Below are positions 1-9,642 of a stretch of DNA of 64,000 nucleotides, piece by piece (within the stretch, counting starts at the first letter, position 1; each line of letters opens with the position of its first letter). The notes under the pieces were generated by a model. That model saw only the letters and a program-made list of their open reading frames with translations, did no database searches and was not told where the DNA came from. Position numbers and translations under genes: made by a program. The stretch comes from a candidate division FCPU426 bacterium (lineage in GTDB: Bacteria; Oederibacteriota; Muellerivitia; Muellerivitales; Muellerivitaceae): positions 1 to 64,000 of the forward strand of contig CAWKAR010000052.1 in assembly GCA_963847625.1 (NCBI GenBank). Reading direction: 5' to 3'.

Positions 1-1048
1 AGTTCAATAACGAAGTGCAACACTTAGACCCGGCAGAACCCGGGGGTTATCCTAAGTGCTATGAAATCATCCTACAAGCATCTGTCGTTAGCCGAACGTG
101 AAGAAATTTCAGTTTGGAATGCTGAAGGCCTCTCCCTTCGGGAAATCGCACGCCGTCTGGGCCGTGATGTATCCAGCATTTCCCGAGAACTGAAGCGCAA
201 CGCCCCTCCTATACGATCTCGCCGCTACCTGCCCGCCAGAGCTCACATGCGTGCAGAACACCGAAACCGTCTTTCACGTACTCATTTAAGGCTTAAAAAT
301 CCTGAGATTCGCCGTTTAGTACTGCGAGAAATACCTCGTGGACTCTCGCCCGAGCAAATTGCCGGTTTTCTTCGCCGGGAGAAACCAAAACTTTCCGTTT
401 CCCATGAAGCCATCTATCAATTCATCTACTGCGAAGCTCGAAACCTCATTCCTCATCTAGCCCGGGCCCATCGAAAACGTTTGCGACGTTGGCACACTCA
501 AAAACATCGCAAAAGCCATATTCCTCAACGTACTCCCATTACCCAACGACCAGCTATCGTTGAAACAAGACAGCAATTCGGGCACTGGGAGGCCGACACC
601 ATCATCTCCCGGAAAAGCAAACCCTCACTTCTGGTTATGGTCGAGCGCAAAAGTCGTCTGGTGAAACTGGCTTGGCTACCTCAAAAATCAGCTTTCCACA
701 CTAGAGCCGCAATCAACCGTCGGTTGGTTCGGATTTCAAAAGGCCTCCGCCGTACCATCACATACGACAATGGCTCCGAAAACGTCGAACATCTCCAGGT
801 GAATCGTGTTTCAGGCACTCGTTCATTCTTTTGTTTGCCCTTCCACAGTTGGGAGAAAGGTTGTGTTGAAAATACTGCAGGTCTTGTTCGTCGCTTCTAT
901 CCCAAGAAAACGGATTTTGCTACTATAACCCCAGCGAATGTACGACGCGTGGAACGGATCCTAAACCATCGTCCTCGCAAGTGCCTTCGTTTCAAAACGC
1001 CGGAGCAGGTCTTTAGTCAAGGTGTTGCACTTACTGGTTGAATTCAGC
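1..1048 (+). mobile_element. IS30-family insertion sequence; left end clipped by the window edge
   Basis: Imperfect terminal inverted repeats: 1-23 AGTTCAATAACGAAGTGCAACAC vs reverse complement of 1022-1048 GCTGAATTCAACCAGTAAGTGCAACAC. They enclose a single transposase ORF. Confidence 0.9.
61..1041 (+). CDS. IS30-family DDE transposase
   Basis: N-terminal HTH (LSLREIARRLGRDVSSISRELKRN), GHWEADT, TITYDNGSE, WEKGCVEN and LNHRPRKCL motifs typical of IS30. Confidence 0.95.
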   Translation: MKSSYKHLSLAEREEISVWNAEGLSLREIARRLGRDVSSISRELKRNAPPIRSRRYLPARAHMRAEHRNRLSRTHLRLKNPEIRRLVLREIPRGLSPEQIAGFLRREKPKLSVSHEAIYQFIYCEARNLIPHLARAHRKRLRRWHTQKHRKSHIPQRTPITQRPAIVETRQQFGHWEADTIISRKSKPSLLVMVERKSRLVKLAWLPQKSAFHTRAAINRRLVRISKGLRRTITYDNGSENVEHLQVNRVSGTRSFFCLPFHSWEKGCVENTAGLVRRFYPKKTDFATITPANVRRVERILNHRPRKCLRFKTPEQVFSQGVALTG

Positions 1049-1304
1049 AATATAAAAATTATGGATTTATATTAATAGTTATTGGCATCCCCCATTCGGT
1101 TACTAATCGATCTTTGATACCTACAGGCTCTTAGAGATTTTCCGTCTGATATGCGAATAGTGCTCCTAGTTCATACGGATTATCTGTTTCATAGACCTCA
1201 ACAATTTCATTTGCATATGGGTTGTCTATTACTCAAATTTGACGGTTCGCAAATCGTTGCATCCGGGCTTGGAAAAATATTATTTAGGAAATTCTAGGCG
1301 AAAA

Positions 1305-2038
1305 GTTCGCAAATCGCTGAATCCGGGGAGGCGATGCAGAAAGCCTTCCAGGCCAGCGAAGCCTTGAAAAGCCTGACCCAAGACATGAAGACATTCAACC
1401 TACAGGATTACCTGAACATCGAGGGAAGGTTTTCACTGGCGGATCTTAAGGAATTCGCTGTGGCGGCTCTTATCCGTTTGGGAGGTAGTGTTTTGCCGCA
1501 AGGGGTGTATATGAGTATCGTCTCCCCTAAATCCCTCCAGAAATTTCCAAATGTTTTGTCGAAATATGAATTAGCGACATTCGACCGGGAAGCAGCAATG
1601 CATAAAAAATCTGCGGAATTCCTGGGACTTGGTCATCCGTTGGTGGACGCCTTAATCGAGCATTTCCAACAAATGTCAATGAATGGCGATGTGGCGGTAT
1701 TGAATCATTCCTTGAGTGAAGCGAAATCTCACGCGATAGTAAGCACCCTTGTTTCAATTGATTTAGAAGGGGGCAAGCAATACAGGGAAATGAAACTTGT
1801 ACGAGTTGAAGGAACTGGTGACTCGCAGGTTTTGCCTGATGATTGGCTTGTCCTCCGGCTGAAAAAGTTGAAAGAGATTGTGAAAAATGGAACCTCTTCG
1901 GGATCGGAAATGGATTGGAAGCGGATAAGGGAATCCTATGAGGGGGCAATTGGCGCTATTTTAAGCCAAATGAAAGGAAACCTTGAACACCCGGTTGGTG
2001 CACGGGTAAGGCTATTGGGCATTGCGGAAGTTTCGTGA
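1305..2038 (+). pseudogene. C-terminal fragment of a large SNF2/RapA-like helicase gene (5' part missing)
   Basis: TFDREAA...EFLGLGHPLVDALI resembles the C-terminal region of SNF2-type helicases found in defence islands. No helicase motor motifs; in-frame stop at 1295-1297. Confidence 0.55.
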
Positions 2039-2090
2039 AAGTAAATTCTTTAAAAGTTCAAATATAAAGTGTAAACGAAGGAAAAGCGTT

Positions 2091-2975
2091 ATGGATAAGT
2101 GGTTAGAAAAGATATTTGCCCTTTCTTTAGAAAAATTAGTTTTGATTGTTAGCATACTTTTAATAATTCTTTCATTTGATCCTGTTCATTATGCAATGAA
2201 GGAATGGACATTTAATTTAAAAACACAACCCAATCTGTATCTTTTTATCCCGGGAGGCCTTTTATTTATTTTGTTTTTTTTACTGCAAAAACGCCAACGT
2301 TTTCAAAAAGCTGTGATTGAAAAAGTTCGAGGCGGTTATAAATTAAAATTGGATTCGAATCATTTTATTCTTCTAGTTACAGGAAATATTGAAGAATTTA
2401 CGGGGAACGAACACGCTGCTGTTGTTCTACCGGCTAATACTTCATTTGATGATTTGTGTATACATGACAGTCGGAGTGCTTTGGGCAGTTTTTGCCTTAA
2501 GTATTTCCCGACAGGTATAGAACAAATTCAAAAGATAATTCGAGAAGCTGCAATTGAGGAATGCAAAATCGATCAAAAAGATTTTAAACACGCACCACTG
2601 GGTACTTCCGTGTTAATTAAAAATCCATTAGGTTCAGCGTTTCAAATAATTATTTGTGCGATTACAACCGTTGATCAGGAACGCGGCATTCAAGCTGATA
2701 CCTTGTCGTTAATATCTTCTGTAAAGCAAATATTTCAAAAAGCATCACAAAACCGAATCTCGTCACTTACGATGCCAGTTATTGGTACGGGACATGGGGG
2801 TATCGATTTTAAAACCGCACTTTCCATGCTATTGGTTCAATGTATGAATTCAATGCAACACGAAGGGGCACATCATGTGAGGGATGTCAAAGTTGTCGTT
2901 TATGATCCGGAAGGAAAAAAGAAAGAACTTGTAGAAAATGTTGTCCAAGCTGTCGGTCAATTAACATGTTTATAA
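2091..2975 (+). CDS. Two-TM plus Macro-domain protein, ThsA(Macro)-like
   Basis: Two N-terminal hydrophobic helices, then VTGNIEE, VVLPANTSFD, SALG, PLGT and MPVIGTGHGG, which are macro-fold motifs in the type II Thoeris ThsA arrangement. Confidence 0.75.
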   Translation: MDKWLEKIFALSLEKLVLIVSILLIILSFDPVHYAMKEWTFNLKTQPNLYLFIPGGLLFILFFLLQKRQRFQKAVIEKVRGGYKLKLDSNHFILLVTGNIEEFTGNEHAAVVLPANTSFDDLCIHDSRSALGSFCLKYFPTGIEQIQKIIREAAIEECKIDQKDFKHAPLGTSVLIKNPLGSAFQIIICAITTVDQERGIQADTLSLISSVKQIFQKASQNRISSLTMPVIGTGHGGIDFKTALSMLLVQCMNSMQHEGAHHVRDVKVVVYDPEGKKKELVENVVQAVGQLTCL

Positions 2976-2997
2976 TAATTTTATAAGGAGAAAAAAT

Positions 2998-3384
2998 ATG
3001 ATTTTATACCACTACACATCCAAAGCGTCATTTGACGCCATAATTCGAACAGAAAAAATACAACCATCTGATCCATGGACCACAATGGATTCATCCTATG
3101 GAAGGGGGTGGTATTTTACTGATATGGCCCCTGATAAATGCAATGCGTGGACCGTTGCACATTGTTGGCGAAGTATTTCAGCATTTTCAAAGGTTGAATT
3201 CTATCTCAAATTCGACATTCCCGAAGATTTGCTCAAAAAATGTCGAGAACATGTTTATATGACCAATGCTTGGAATAACCGAATAAAGTATCTCGAAGGA
3301 AAAGAAACGCCAAAATGTTCAAAAGGTCCTTGCTTCATGTGTGATGTTATATCAAAAGTTAAGAGTTTTTTAGGTTTGTCATAA
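2998..3384 (+). CDS. HYD1-signature ADP-ribosyltransferase (Tox-ART-HYD1-like)
   Basis: LYHYTS...IQPS...YGRGWYFTDMAP pattern; strong RBS (AAGGAG); Cys-rich C-terminus. Confidence 0.75.
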   Translation: MILYHYTSKASFDAIIRTEKIQPSDPWTTMDSSYGRGWYFTDMAPDKCNAWTVAHCWRSISAFSKVEFYLKFDIPEDLLKKCREHVYMTNAWNNRIKYLEGKETPKCSKGPCFMCDVISKVKSFLGLS

Positions 3385-3479
3385 TTGATTGAAAAACGAT
3401 GTTGCTGATTAAATAAATCCGATAAATGGTCTCGTAGCATATGAATAATAATTAATGAGTTAGAAAAGCGTGATTAAGC

Positions 3480-3854
3480 ATGAAAGAACCGGGGCAATCA
3501 ATCGATACAATTGTGGTGCCGGCGAAAGAGGAAACATTTAAATCTGTGTTTTTAAGTGAAAAGCGCTGGTATGGAATAGGTATCAGGCATGATGTACTGC
3601 CACTTTTGAAATATATAGCTATTTACCGTTCTGCGCCTACTTCCTCGATAACTCATTGGGCCCCTATTGATTCCATAATAGATAGCAAAAGCGAAAAACG
3701 ATTCATTATAACAATCAAAGGGGATCCGCAAACTATCGGGCCGATAAGCAATAAAGAAAAATTCAATGGGAAGTTTGGTTTAATCATCGGGCCTCGATAT
3801 ACCAATTTAGATCTTCTGAAACACGCCAAGCATTTCGTCGAAGCGTGCCCCTAA
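3480..3854 (+). CDS. Hypothetical protein, stand-alone DTIVVPA...YIAIY...ITH domain (possibly PUA/EVE-like nucleic-acid binding)
   Basis: Intact 124-aa ORF co-oriented in the cassette. I recall this motif from domains fused to nucleases; fold assignment is tentative. Confidence 0.55.
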   Translation: MKEPGQSIDTIVVPAKEETFKSVFLSEKRWYGIGIRHDVLPLLKYIAIYRSAPTSSITHWAPIDSIIDSKSEKRFIITIKGDPQTIGPISNKEKFNGKFGLIIGPRYTNLDLLKHAKHFVEACP

Positions 3855-3915
3855 TAAGTTAAATCTAAGTTACAAATAAAATGGTTTCAGTTCGTGTTTT
3901 GAGGACGGGCTAATC

Positions 3916-5301
3916 ATGCAAATTATTGCCAACGGAATAAATGGGCAATATCTACAAAATTTTTTATTGAGATCGCCTAAAGATTTAGAGTGGGTTAAAG
4001 CTGCTGTTGCCTATGCGAATGGTTCACCAGATTTGCTAAGGTTTTGTTCCGACAATAAAATCCCTTTGTTTTTTTGGGGTCGTGTTGATGATTCGTTTCC
4101 AGTTTCATCTAATATTTTAAAAAAGTTTTTGGAGCTGGGGCCTGGTTATGAATGTAAATTGATTCATGATTATTACCACCCAAAAGTTATTTGGTTTAGC
4201 GGCTTTGGCGCATATATTGGCTCTGCAAATCTCACAGATAGAAGTTGGATTAATAATATCGAATGTGGAATTTGGTTCACTCAGGGCGATCTTGAAAATC
4301 ACAATCTAATTACAGAGCTTGATAATTATTTTGATGAGTTGGACAAATATGCAGAGCCTCTTACAGATGAACTTTTTCAACGAATCTCTGCGTTGCAAAA
4401 TAAATATAGCAACTTGAGGAGCGAACTCAGCATTCAAAAGGCTCGTCTTGCGAATGATTTTTCAAACGATTTAAAACCAATCTTTAGTAAATCTTTCGAG
4501 GGTTTATCCCGTATTAGTTCCAGAAAAGAAGCAGGCGAACGAGCTAAGCAGAAGTTTATAGATGAATGGACCGAAACCCTACAACGTCTCAGACAAATAT
4601 CGGAAGAAATATCAAAAGACGAAAACCGACCTGAATGGATTCATCAAGATGTGCCTAAAGGTGTTCAAGTAGATCAATTTCTCCATGCGTTTTATTACAA
4701 AAATGTGAAACCTGCAAATCATTCATTACATGAGCAGTTTTACTTAAAAAATAAAAGCAATCCAGTTTCCGCTTTGAAAAAAGCTATTGAGTGGTGGAAG
4801 AATTCTGATCAAAACGAATTTTCAGAAGAAAAAGAATTTATTTATGAAAGGGCGCCTTTTTTACAAAAGATGCTTTCCAAAGAAAATATTACCCATTTAA
4901 ATGAAAAAGAATTCATCGAAGTATGTTTGCGTGTACATGCATTTATTACCGCATCACGACAAACAAGTAACGAGGAAGTGGGTCTTCCTGAATCAACTCA
5001 TTTAGGAATATTTGAGCGAGCAGAAAAAGTAGCAAGTTGGCTTTGGTCGCAAAAATCCGGAAATGGATCAAGTGCGACTCAAATTCTTAAATATGTTTTA
5101 TATAGTGATGTATCAAAAGTTATAACCGAACGAATTTGGGATGCGGTTTACACTAAGGAGTGGCATGTCCACCGACTTGGATTGAGTTGTATTGGAGAAA
5201 TAGTTGGTTGGGCGATGCCAACCCAATATCCACCCAGAAATGGCCGGACAAGTAAAGCATTACATGCATTGGGTTATAAAGTGAAGATATACAGCGAATA
5301 A
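3916..5301 (+). CDS. PLD-superfamily nuclease-like protein with large C-terminal domain
   Basis: AAVAY, YHPKVIWF and AYIGSANLT...NIECG motifs of single-domain PLD restriction-type nucleases. Confidence 0.8.
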   Translation: MQIIANGINGQYLQNFLLRSPKDLEWVKAAVAYANGSPDLLRFCSDNKIPLFFWGRVDDSFPVSSNILKKFLELGPGYECKLIHDYYHPKVIWFSGFGAYIGSANLTDRSWINNIECGIWFTQGDLENHNLITELDNYFDELDKYAEPLTDELFQRISALQNKYSNLRSELSIQKARLANDFSNDLKPIFSKSFEGLSRISSRKEAGERAKQKFIDEWTETLQRLRQISEEISKDENRPEWIHQDVPKGVQVDQFLHAFYYKNVKPANHSLHEQFYLKNKSNPVSALKKAIEWWKNSDQNEFSEEKEFIYERAPFLQKMLSKENITHLNEKEFIEVCLRVHAFITASRQTSNEEVGLPESTHLGIFERAEKVASWLWSQKSGNGSSATQILKYVLYSDVSKVITERIWDAVYTKEWHVHRLGLSCIGEIVGWAMPTQYPPRNGRTSKALHALGYKVKIYSE

Positions 5302-5319
5302 ACTAAAAAGGAGATAAAA

Positions 5320-5559
5320 ATGCTTTACCCAAATAGTGAGAAAACTATATGTCCAGAATGTGGGAGCCCAGCCGCGATAATAAATTATTCAGGTTCAAAA
5401 GATTCTGGTTATCAAATCAAATATCGGTGTTCAAATACAAATTGTGAACGAAATGTAGATCCGAAAAAGTGTTTTCTATCAGAAAATTTTAAGAAAGAAA
5501 CTCTACCCGATATTGAATATGAATTTATTTTTAAAAAGCCCAAAACTAAGAAAGCTTAG
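5320..5559 (+). CDS. Small Zn-ribbon protein
   Basis: CPEC...YRCSNTNC; RBS AGGAG. Confidence 0.6.
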   Translation: MLYPNSEKTICPECGSPAAIINYSGSKDSGYQIKYRCSNTNCERNVDPKKCFLSENFKKETLPDIEYEFIFKKPKTKKA

Positions 5560-6092
5560 AAGAAAATAAAATTCTCAACACTATTTAGGATAGACTTTTC
5601 GCCTGTGTAAAAATGTAAATAGGGGCCTGGACTCACGCACCTCAGCGTGAGGTGGTTAAAAATTCGTTACTATAGGTCTTTGACACAACCCCCATACTTT
5701 ATCCCGCGAAACCACTTTGATGTTCAACTAGGTATGGAAAAGCTGGCCAATAAGTCCGTTCGGTGGGGCCAATCAAATCCCGTTTTTTTCCCTGGGACGA
5801 CCGCAAATTATTTTTAAGGATTTTGGTACATCATAGAAATCTTTCGGGGAACATCCGCGGGCCTTTGAAAACCTCCAGATCGTGAATTGAGTCATTGCCC
5901 CACCCATCTTCTGATGTGATCCCGACCAAATGAAAATAATTAATTCCGATATACGAATTACACGTAGCATTTCCCGTACCGATCGGGGAAATACCAATAA
6001 ATCCCGATTTAACCCGATAGCCCACTTTTAAATTCGGATGTACGATATACATCTGAAACAAATGGACGATTAAAGGTAGGAGGGTTACGGTT

Positions 6093-6299
6093 ATGGTAAT
6101 GGATCAAAAAAGACGCGGTCGTAAGCCACTCGGGGGTTTGAGGATCATCCTTCGGTTGACGCCCCAGGAAGTCGCGGTGCTGGATGAAAAGCACAGGCAA
6201 ACCGGGCACAGCCGGACCGACCTCATCCGCCGGGCCATCGACGCCTTCTACTTCTCCAAACGCCGCGAATCGGACTGGGAAAGACCCGCAAAAGGCTGA
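6093..6299 (+). CDS. Ribbon-helix-helix (CopG/MobC-like) DNA-binding protein
   Basis: IILRLTPQEVAVLD...SRTDLIRRAID RHH pattern; RBS GGAGG. Confidence 0.7.
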   Translation: MVMDQKRRGRKPLGGLRIILRLTPQEVAVLDEKHRQTGHSRTDLIRRAIDAFYFSKRRESDWERPAKG

Positions 6300-6361
6300 C
6301 TCGTCCCCACCTAAACCACGCCTTCCGGCTTTCATGGGTGTTTCCCGGAAAAGGGCATGGT

Positions 6362-7054
6362 ATGGGTGAACTAACATCCAAAACCGGGATTCTGGACCGT
6401 GTTTTTCCGTTCAAAAGGCTTGGGCGCTCCCCTCATTCCACCCATTGGAGCCCGGACGAAGAAGGCAAGTCACCCTGCCACTACTGCCTGGAACCCTTGG
6501 CGCAAGTGGAGGTGGACACCCGTCGCCTGCGTGTCTGTCCCATCTGCCGCCACAGCATCCTCACCCACCTCCTGGGAACGCACGTTCACCTCTTCAACCG
6601 CCGCCAACAATGGGATCTTCTGGCCAATGAAATGGCGTACATATGGAATTGGGAATATTGGCTGTTGAAGGGTTTCCAGAGCACGATGTGCGGCCTTCCA
6701 AGCGACCAATACACCGAGGCCAAGGACGAATTTGTCAAACTCGGTGACGCCAAGCGCGACGTGTTGGCCCAGAAGGAGGTTTTTTTGGGGCATCCAGGGG
6801 ATATGGAAGCCCTGATCCCACAATTTTTGGAGAATTACCCCGAGGGTGGGGGAAATTTCGCGAAGGATTTTCTCAAGAGCCGAAAGTGGCGGGATCTGGC
6901 AAAGGAATTAAGCGGGGAATGCGCGGATAAACGGGAGATACTCGATTTTCAAATCGAGATGGTGAAGGGAACGAGCTGGGGCGCATTTGGGTTTGACGTG
7001 TCCGAGAAGGGAAAAACACTCCTTCTGCTGGAAGCCAGGTTATCCAGGTTTTAA
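6362..7054 (+). CDS. Hypothetical protein with N-terminal CxxC...CxxC
   Basis: CHYC and CPIC; long open frame; no family recognised. Confidence 0.55.
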   Translation: MGELTSKTGILDRVFPFKRLGRSPHSTHWSPDEEGKSPCHYCLEPLAQVEVDTRRLRVCPICRHSILTHLLGTHVHLFNRRQQWDLLANEMAYIWNWEYWLLKGFQSTMCGLPSDQYTEAKDEFVKLGDAKRDVLAQKEVFLGHPGDMEALIPQFLENYPEGGGNFAKDFLKSRKWRDLAKELSGECADKREILDFQIEMVKGTSWGAFGFDVSEKGKTLLLLEARLSRF

Positions 7055-7288
7055 TGAAAGGCGAAGAAAAAAAGGGGTCAGTGGTTCGAGAGCCTCGCCA
7101 TCCGCCCAACATTCACCACGTTGGTTTTCAAGCCTTTTTGATCCTGCTTTATCCCGCTAACTTTCTTTGGTGTTCAGTCAGAAACGTCCCCATAGCAGAC
7201 CTGCTTTGCAGGACGCTATAGGGCACTGCAACGCCGGCCAATGGGTCCGCTCAAATCTCATTCCGGTTTTCGTTCGTGTTAATCAATT

Positions 7289-7552
7289 TTAATTTAGTGC
7301 TTGTCGGCGGGTGGTTTGCAAGTGGTTCGCCGTGCTCAAAAAATCGTCAACCTTGCAACCTAGTACATGGGAGAGCCGGAACAAGTTATAAGCGTTGGGG
7401 GTCCTGACAGATTCCCAGTATTGTATTTGCCTCCAGGAGCAGTCCATTCTTTCCGCCAAGTAAGGCTGGGTCCATCCCTTTTTCCGCCGGATTTCGGCGA
7501 TTCCCCGGCAAAGATTCCTTTTGAATGACCCAGTGTTTTTTGAATTAGACAT
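7289..7552 (-). CDS. XRE/Cro-like HTH regulator, divergent from the lipoprotein/T4SS operon
   Basis: IAEIRRKKGWTQPYLAE...IQYWES..TP...NLFRLSHVLGC HTH_3 pattern. Confidence 0.8.
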   Translation of the reverse strand: MSNSKNTGSFKRNLCRGIAEIRRKKGWTQPYLAERMDCSWRQIQYWESVRTPNAYNLFRLSHVLGCKVDDFLSTANHLQTTRRQALN

Positions 7553-7667
7553 TGGGCCATGATGCTTGAACTCTCCCCGCCAGACCACGAACGGTTCTGG
7601 GCGTGGCGGTGGACATTAAATGGAACAAGAATAATCCCAAAAGAACACAGCTTTTGGAGGTTGTTCC

Positions 7668-8762
7668 ATGAATAAGGCTACGCTTCTGATCACCGCGATT
7701 ATATTGTCATCGTTATTGCCCACCTGGTTCTTGGGGTGCCAATCGAAACGCGGTCCCGCAGTTCCTTACGATATTGGCTTTACTCCAACTCCTGAGCGAA
7801 TCTATGGCTCCGTAAGCGCTTTCGTGGAGGATAAGGGGATTGGGGTTCCTAACGTACTGGTAAAGGCGATACCCCCTTCCGGGGTGACGGTCTACAGCCA
7901 ATCGACCACCGCCAGCGGGATCGCAACCTTCAACCCGACATGGCTTGATATAGGGAATTGGACCTTTGTGGTTCCGGCCCAAACACCTTTTCCATTCGCC
8001 CCCAGCACCATCACCATGCCAGTCTCAGTCGCAAATCAGACGGCCAACTTCAATTCTGCGGGGGCGACAATTTATTTGACCCCGACCGTGCCGGAATCTT
8101 TCACTTCCACGAATCCCGGAAACCCCTTCACCTACAACCTCGTTTATAGCCAACCGGGAAAACTGTTGATCCCTGGGAAAATCGCTTTCTCGGCATTCCC
8201 GACGAATTGGAACGGAACCTACGCACCCGCGACGATTGGATATGGAAGCGCTGATACGGCTTCGGTTACCGTCACCGGGGTCAATTGTGTGGACATGCCG
8301 CCAAGTTTCTCGGTAACTGCCCTCGACTTGGAACCCACGCCTTATCCCCGGGCCTACAGTTCACCCCAGACCATCACCAAAGGGTTTAACTCGACCGTGA
8401 CGGTCTCCTGGACGACCACTTACGTGTTTCAAGGCTTATGCGCCATCATGAGCGGAACGCAAATGTATGAGGTTTGGGGAAACTTAAATGTTTCCCTCGT
8501 CAATGGCTGCACTTCCAGCGCCGTGGTGACGGTTTCCTGGAACGCCGGGGACTGCTGCCAGAACCAACTCCAAACGCCAAACGGCACCATTGGAGCCTCG
8601 AACTGTGGCGGGGGAACGCTGCAATTCGCACCGGGTTCCTATGCCTGCACAATCACAAGCGGCGGGTCCACAGGAGCGCTCAACGTTTCTTTTGATGGGC
8701 AATCGCAAACAACCAATATCCCATCAAGCGGCACGACCCAGTTATTGCAAGCGCACTACTAA
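7668..8762 (+). CDS. Surface lipoprotein, Thr/Ser/Gly-rich beta-sandwich-like domains, Cys-rich C-terminus
   Basis: Lipobox FLGC after a hydrophobic signal; RBS GGAGG. Confidence 0.75.
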   Translation: MNKATLLITAIILSSLLPTWFLGCQSKRGPAVPYDIGFTPTPERIYGSVSAFVEDKGIGVPNVLVKAIPPSGVTVYSQSTTASGIATFNPTWLDIGNWTFVVPAQTPFPFAPSTITMPVSVANQTANFNSAGATIYLTPTVPESFTSTNPGNPFTYNLVYSQPGKLLIPGKIAFSAFPTNWNGTYAPATIGYGSADTASVTVTGVNCVDMPPSFSVTALDLEPTPYPRAYSSPQTITKGFNSTVTVSWTTTYVFQGLCAIMSGTQMYEVWGNLNVSLVNGCTSSAVVTVSWNAGDCCQNQLQTPNGTIGASNCGGGTLQFAPGSYACTITSGGSTGALNVSFDGQSQTTNIPSSGTTQLLQAHY

Positions 8763-8820
8763 TACAAAATTTAACCTTTAAGTGCCTGCTTGTTGGAACA
8801 ACCTTTTAAAGGAAGGCCAT

Positions 8821-9582
8821 ATGAAGATAAATACAGCGGTTGGCTTGATTTTGGCGCTGATCCTAGCGGGTTGTGAAAAGGGTCCAGCAGGCCCGGCCGG
8901 GCCCCAGGGACCAGCGGGGCCGACCATTCCAACCTATTCAATAATTTTTGAAAACGGGGTTTACCCTGATTCGGGATATGGCGGGTCGGACACCCATTGG
9001 CTAGACGCAAGCAACCCCAACATAGCGTCGGGGACAGGGGAAATTAAAGTTGCCACGGGGCCCACCACCGCGAACGTGGCATTGGGCTTGATGAGGTTCG
9101 ACCTATCCTACGGCATCCCCTCAAACGCCACCATCACCGCCGCAAGCCTCCAATTGGCCACGGAAACCACCACGGACCTTACCGCTGGTACTTACGTTTT
9201 CGGCATCCACCAAGTCATACCACCTCCAGCCGGCCAGGTGCCCTGGAACGACTCAAGCACCTGGAATGTCCTTGTGTCCCCATATGGATGGGATGGGGGA
9301 ACCAGTTCTCCCATTACGGCAGGTGCGGATTACAACTCTTCTTTCATGGACGCCGTGACGGTCACCGCTTCGCAGGTGAACGCCACCCAAGTTCTTCTTG
9401 CCTGGAACATTACAGCGTCTCTGGCGCAGGTGTGGACCAACAAATCCAACAACAATTACGGGGTTTTGATTTCACCGGAACCGGAAACAAACGGTTCGCT
9501 TTCAGGCTTTATATCGTTTTGGGACAACACGGGGAACAGCCAGCAAAAGCCGAAAATGCTGGTCTCCTACACCATTCCTTGA
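8821..9582 (+). CDS. Lipoprotein with short collagen-like repeat and DNRLRE-like domain
   Basis: Lipobox LAGC; GPAGPAGPQGPAGP; LMRFDLS..IPSNATITAASLQL...NNNYGVLI...KPKMLVSY. Confidence 0.75.
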   Translation: MKINTAVGLILALILAGCEKGPAGPAGPQGPAGPTIPTYSIIFENGVYPDSGYGGSDTHWLDASNPNIASGTGEIKVATGPTTANVALGLMRFDLSYGIPSNATITAASLQLATETTTDLTAGTYVFGIHQVIPPPAGQVPWNDSSTWNVLVSPYGWDGGTSSPITAGADYNSSFMDAVTVTASQVNATQVLLAWNITASLAQVWTNKSNNNYGVLISPEPETNGSLSGFISFWDNTGNSQQKPKMLVSYTIP

Positions 9583-9642
9583 AGGGTTTATTTAGCAAAA
9601 TATAGAGAGCAAGGATATCGGTATGTCTTAAGGATTTAGGAA

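Noticed and set aside
1245..1327. Mini-CRISPR (repeat-37 bp-repeat)
   Set aside because: Only two imperfect copies, the second lies within a protein-coding frame, and no cas genes are present.
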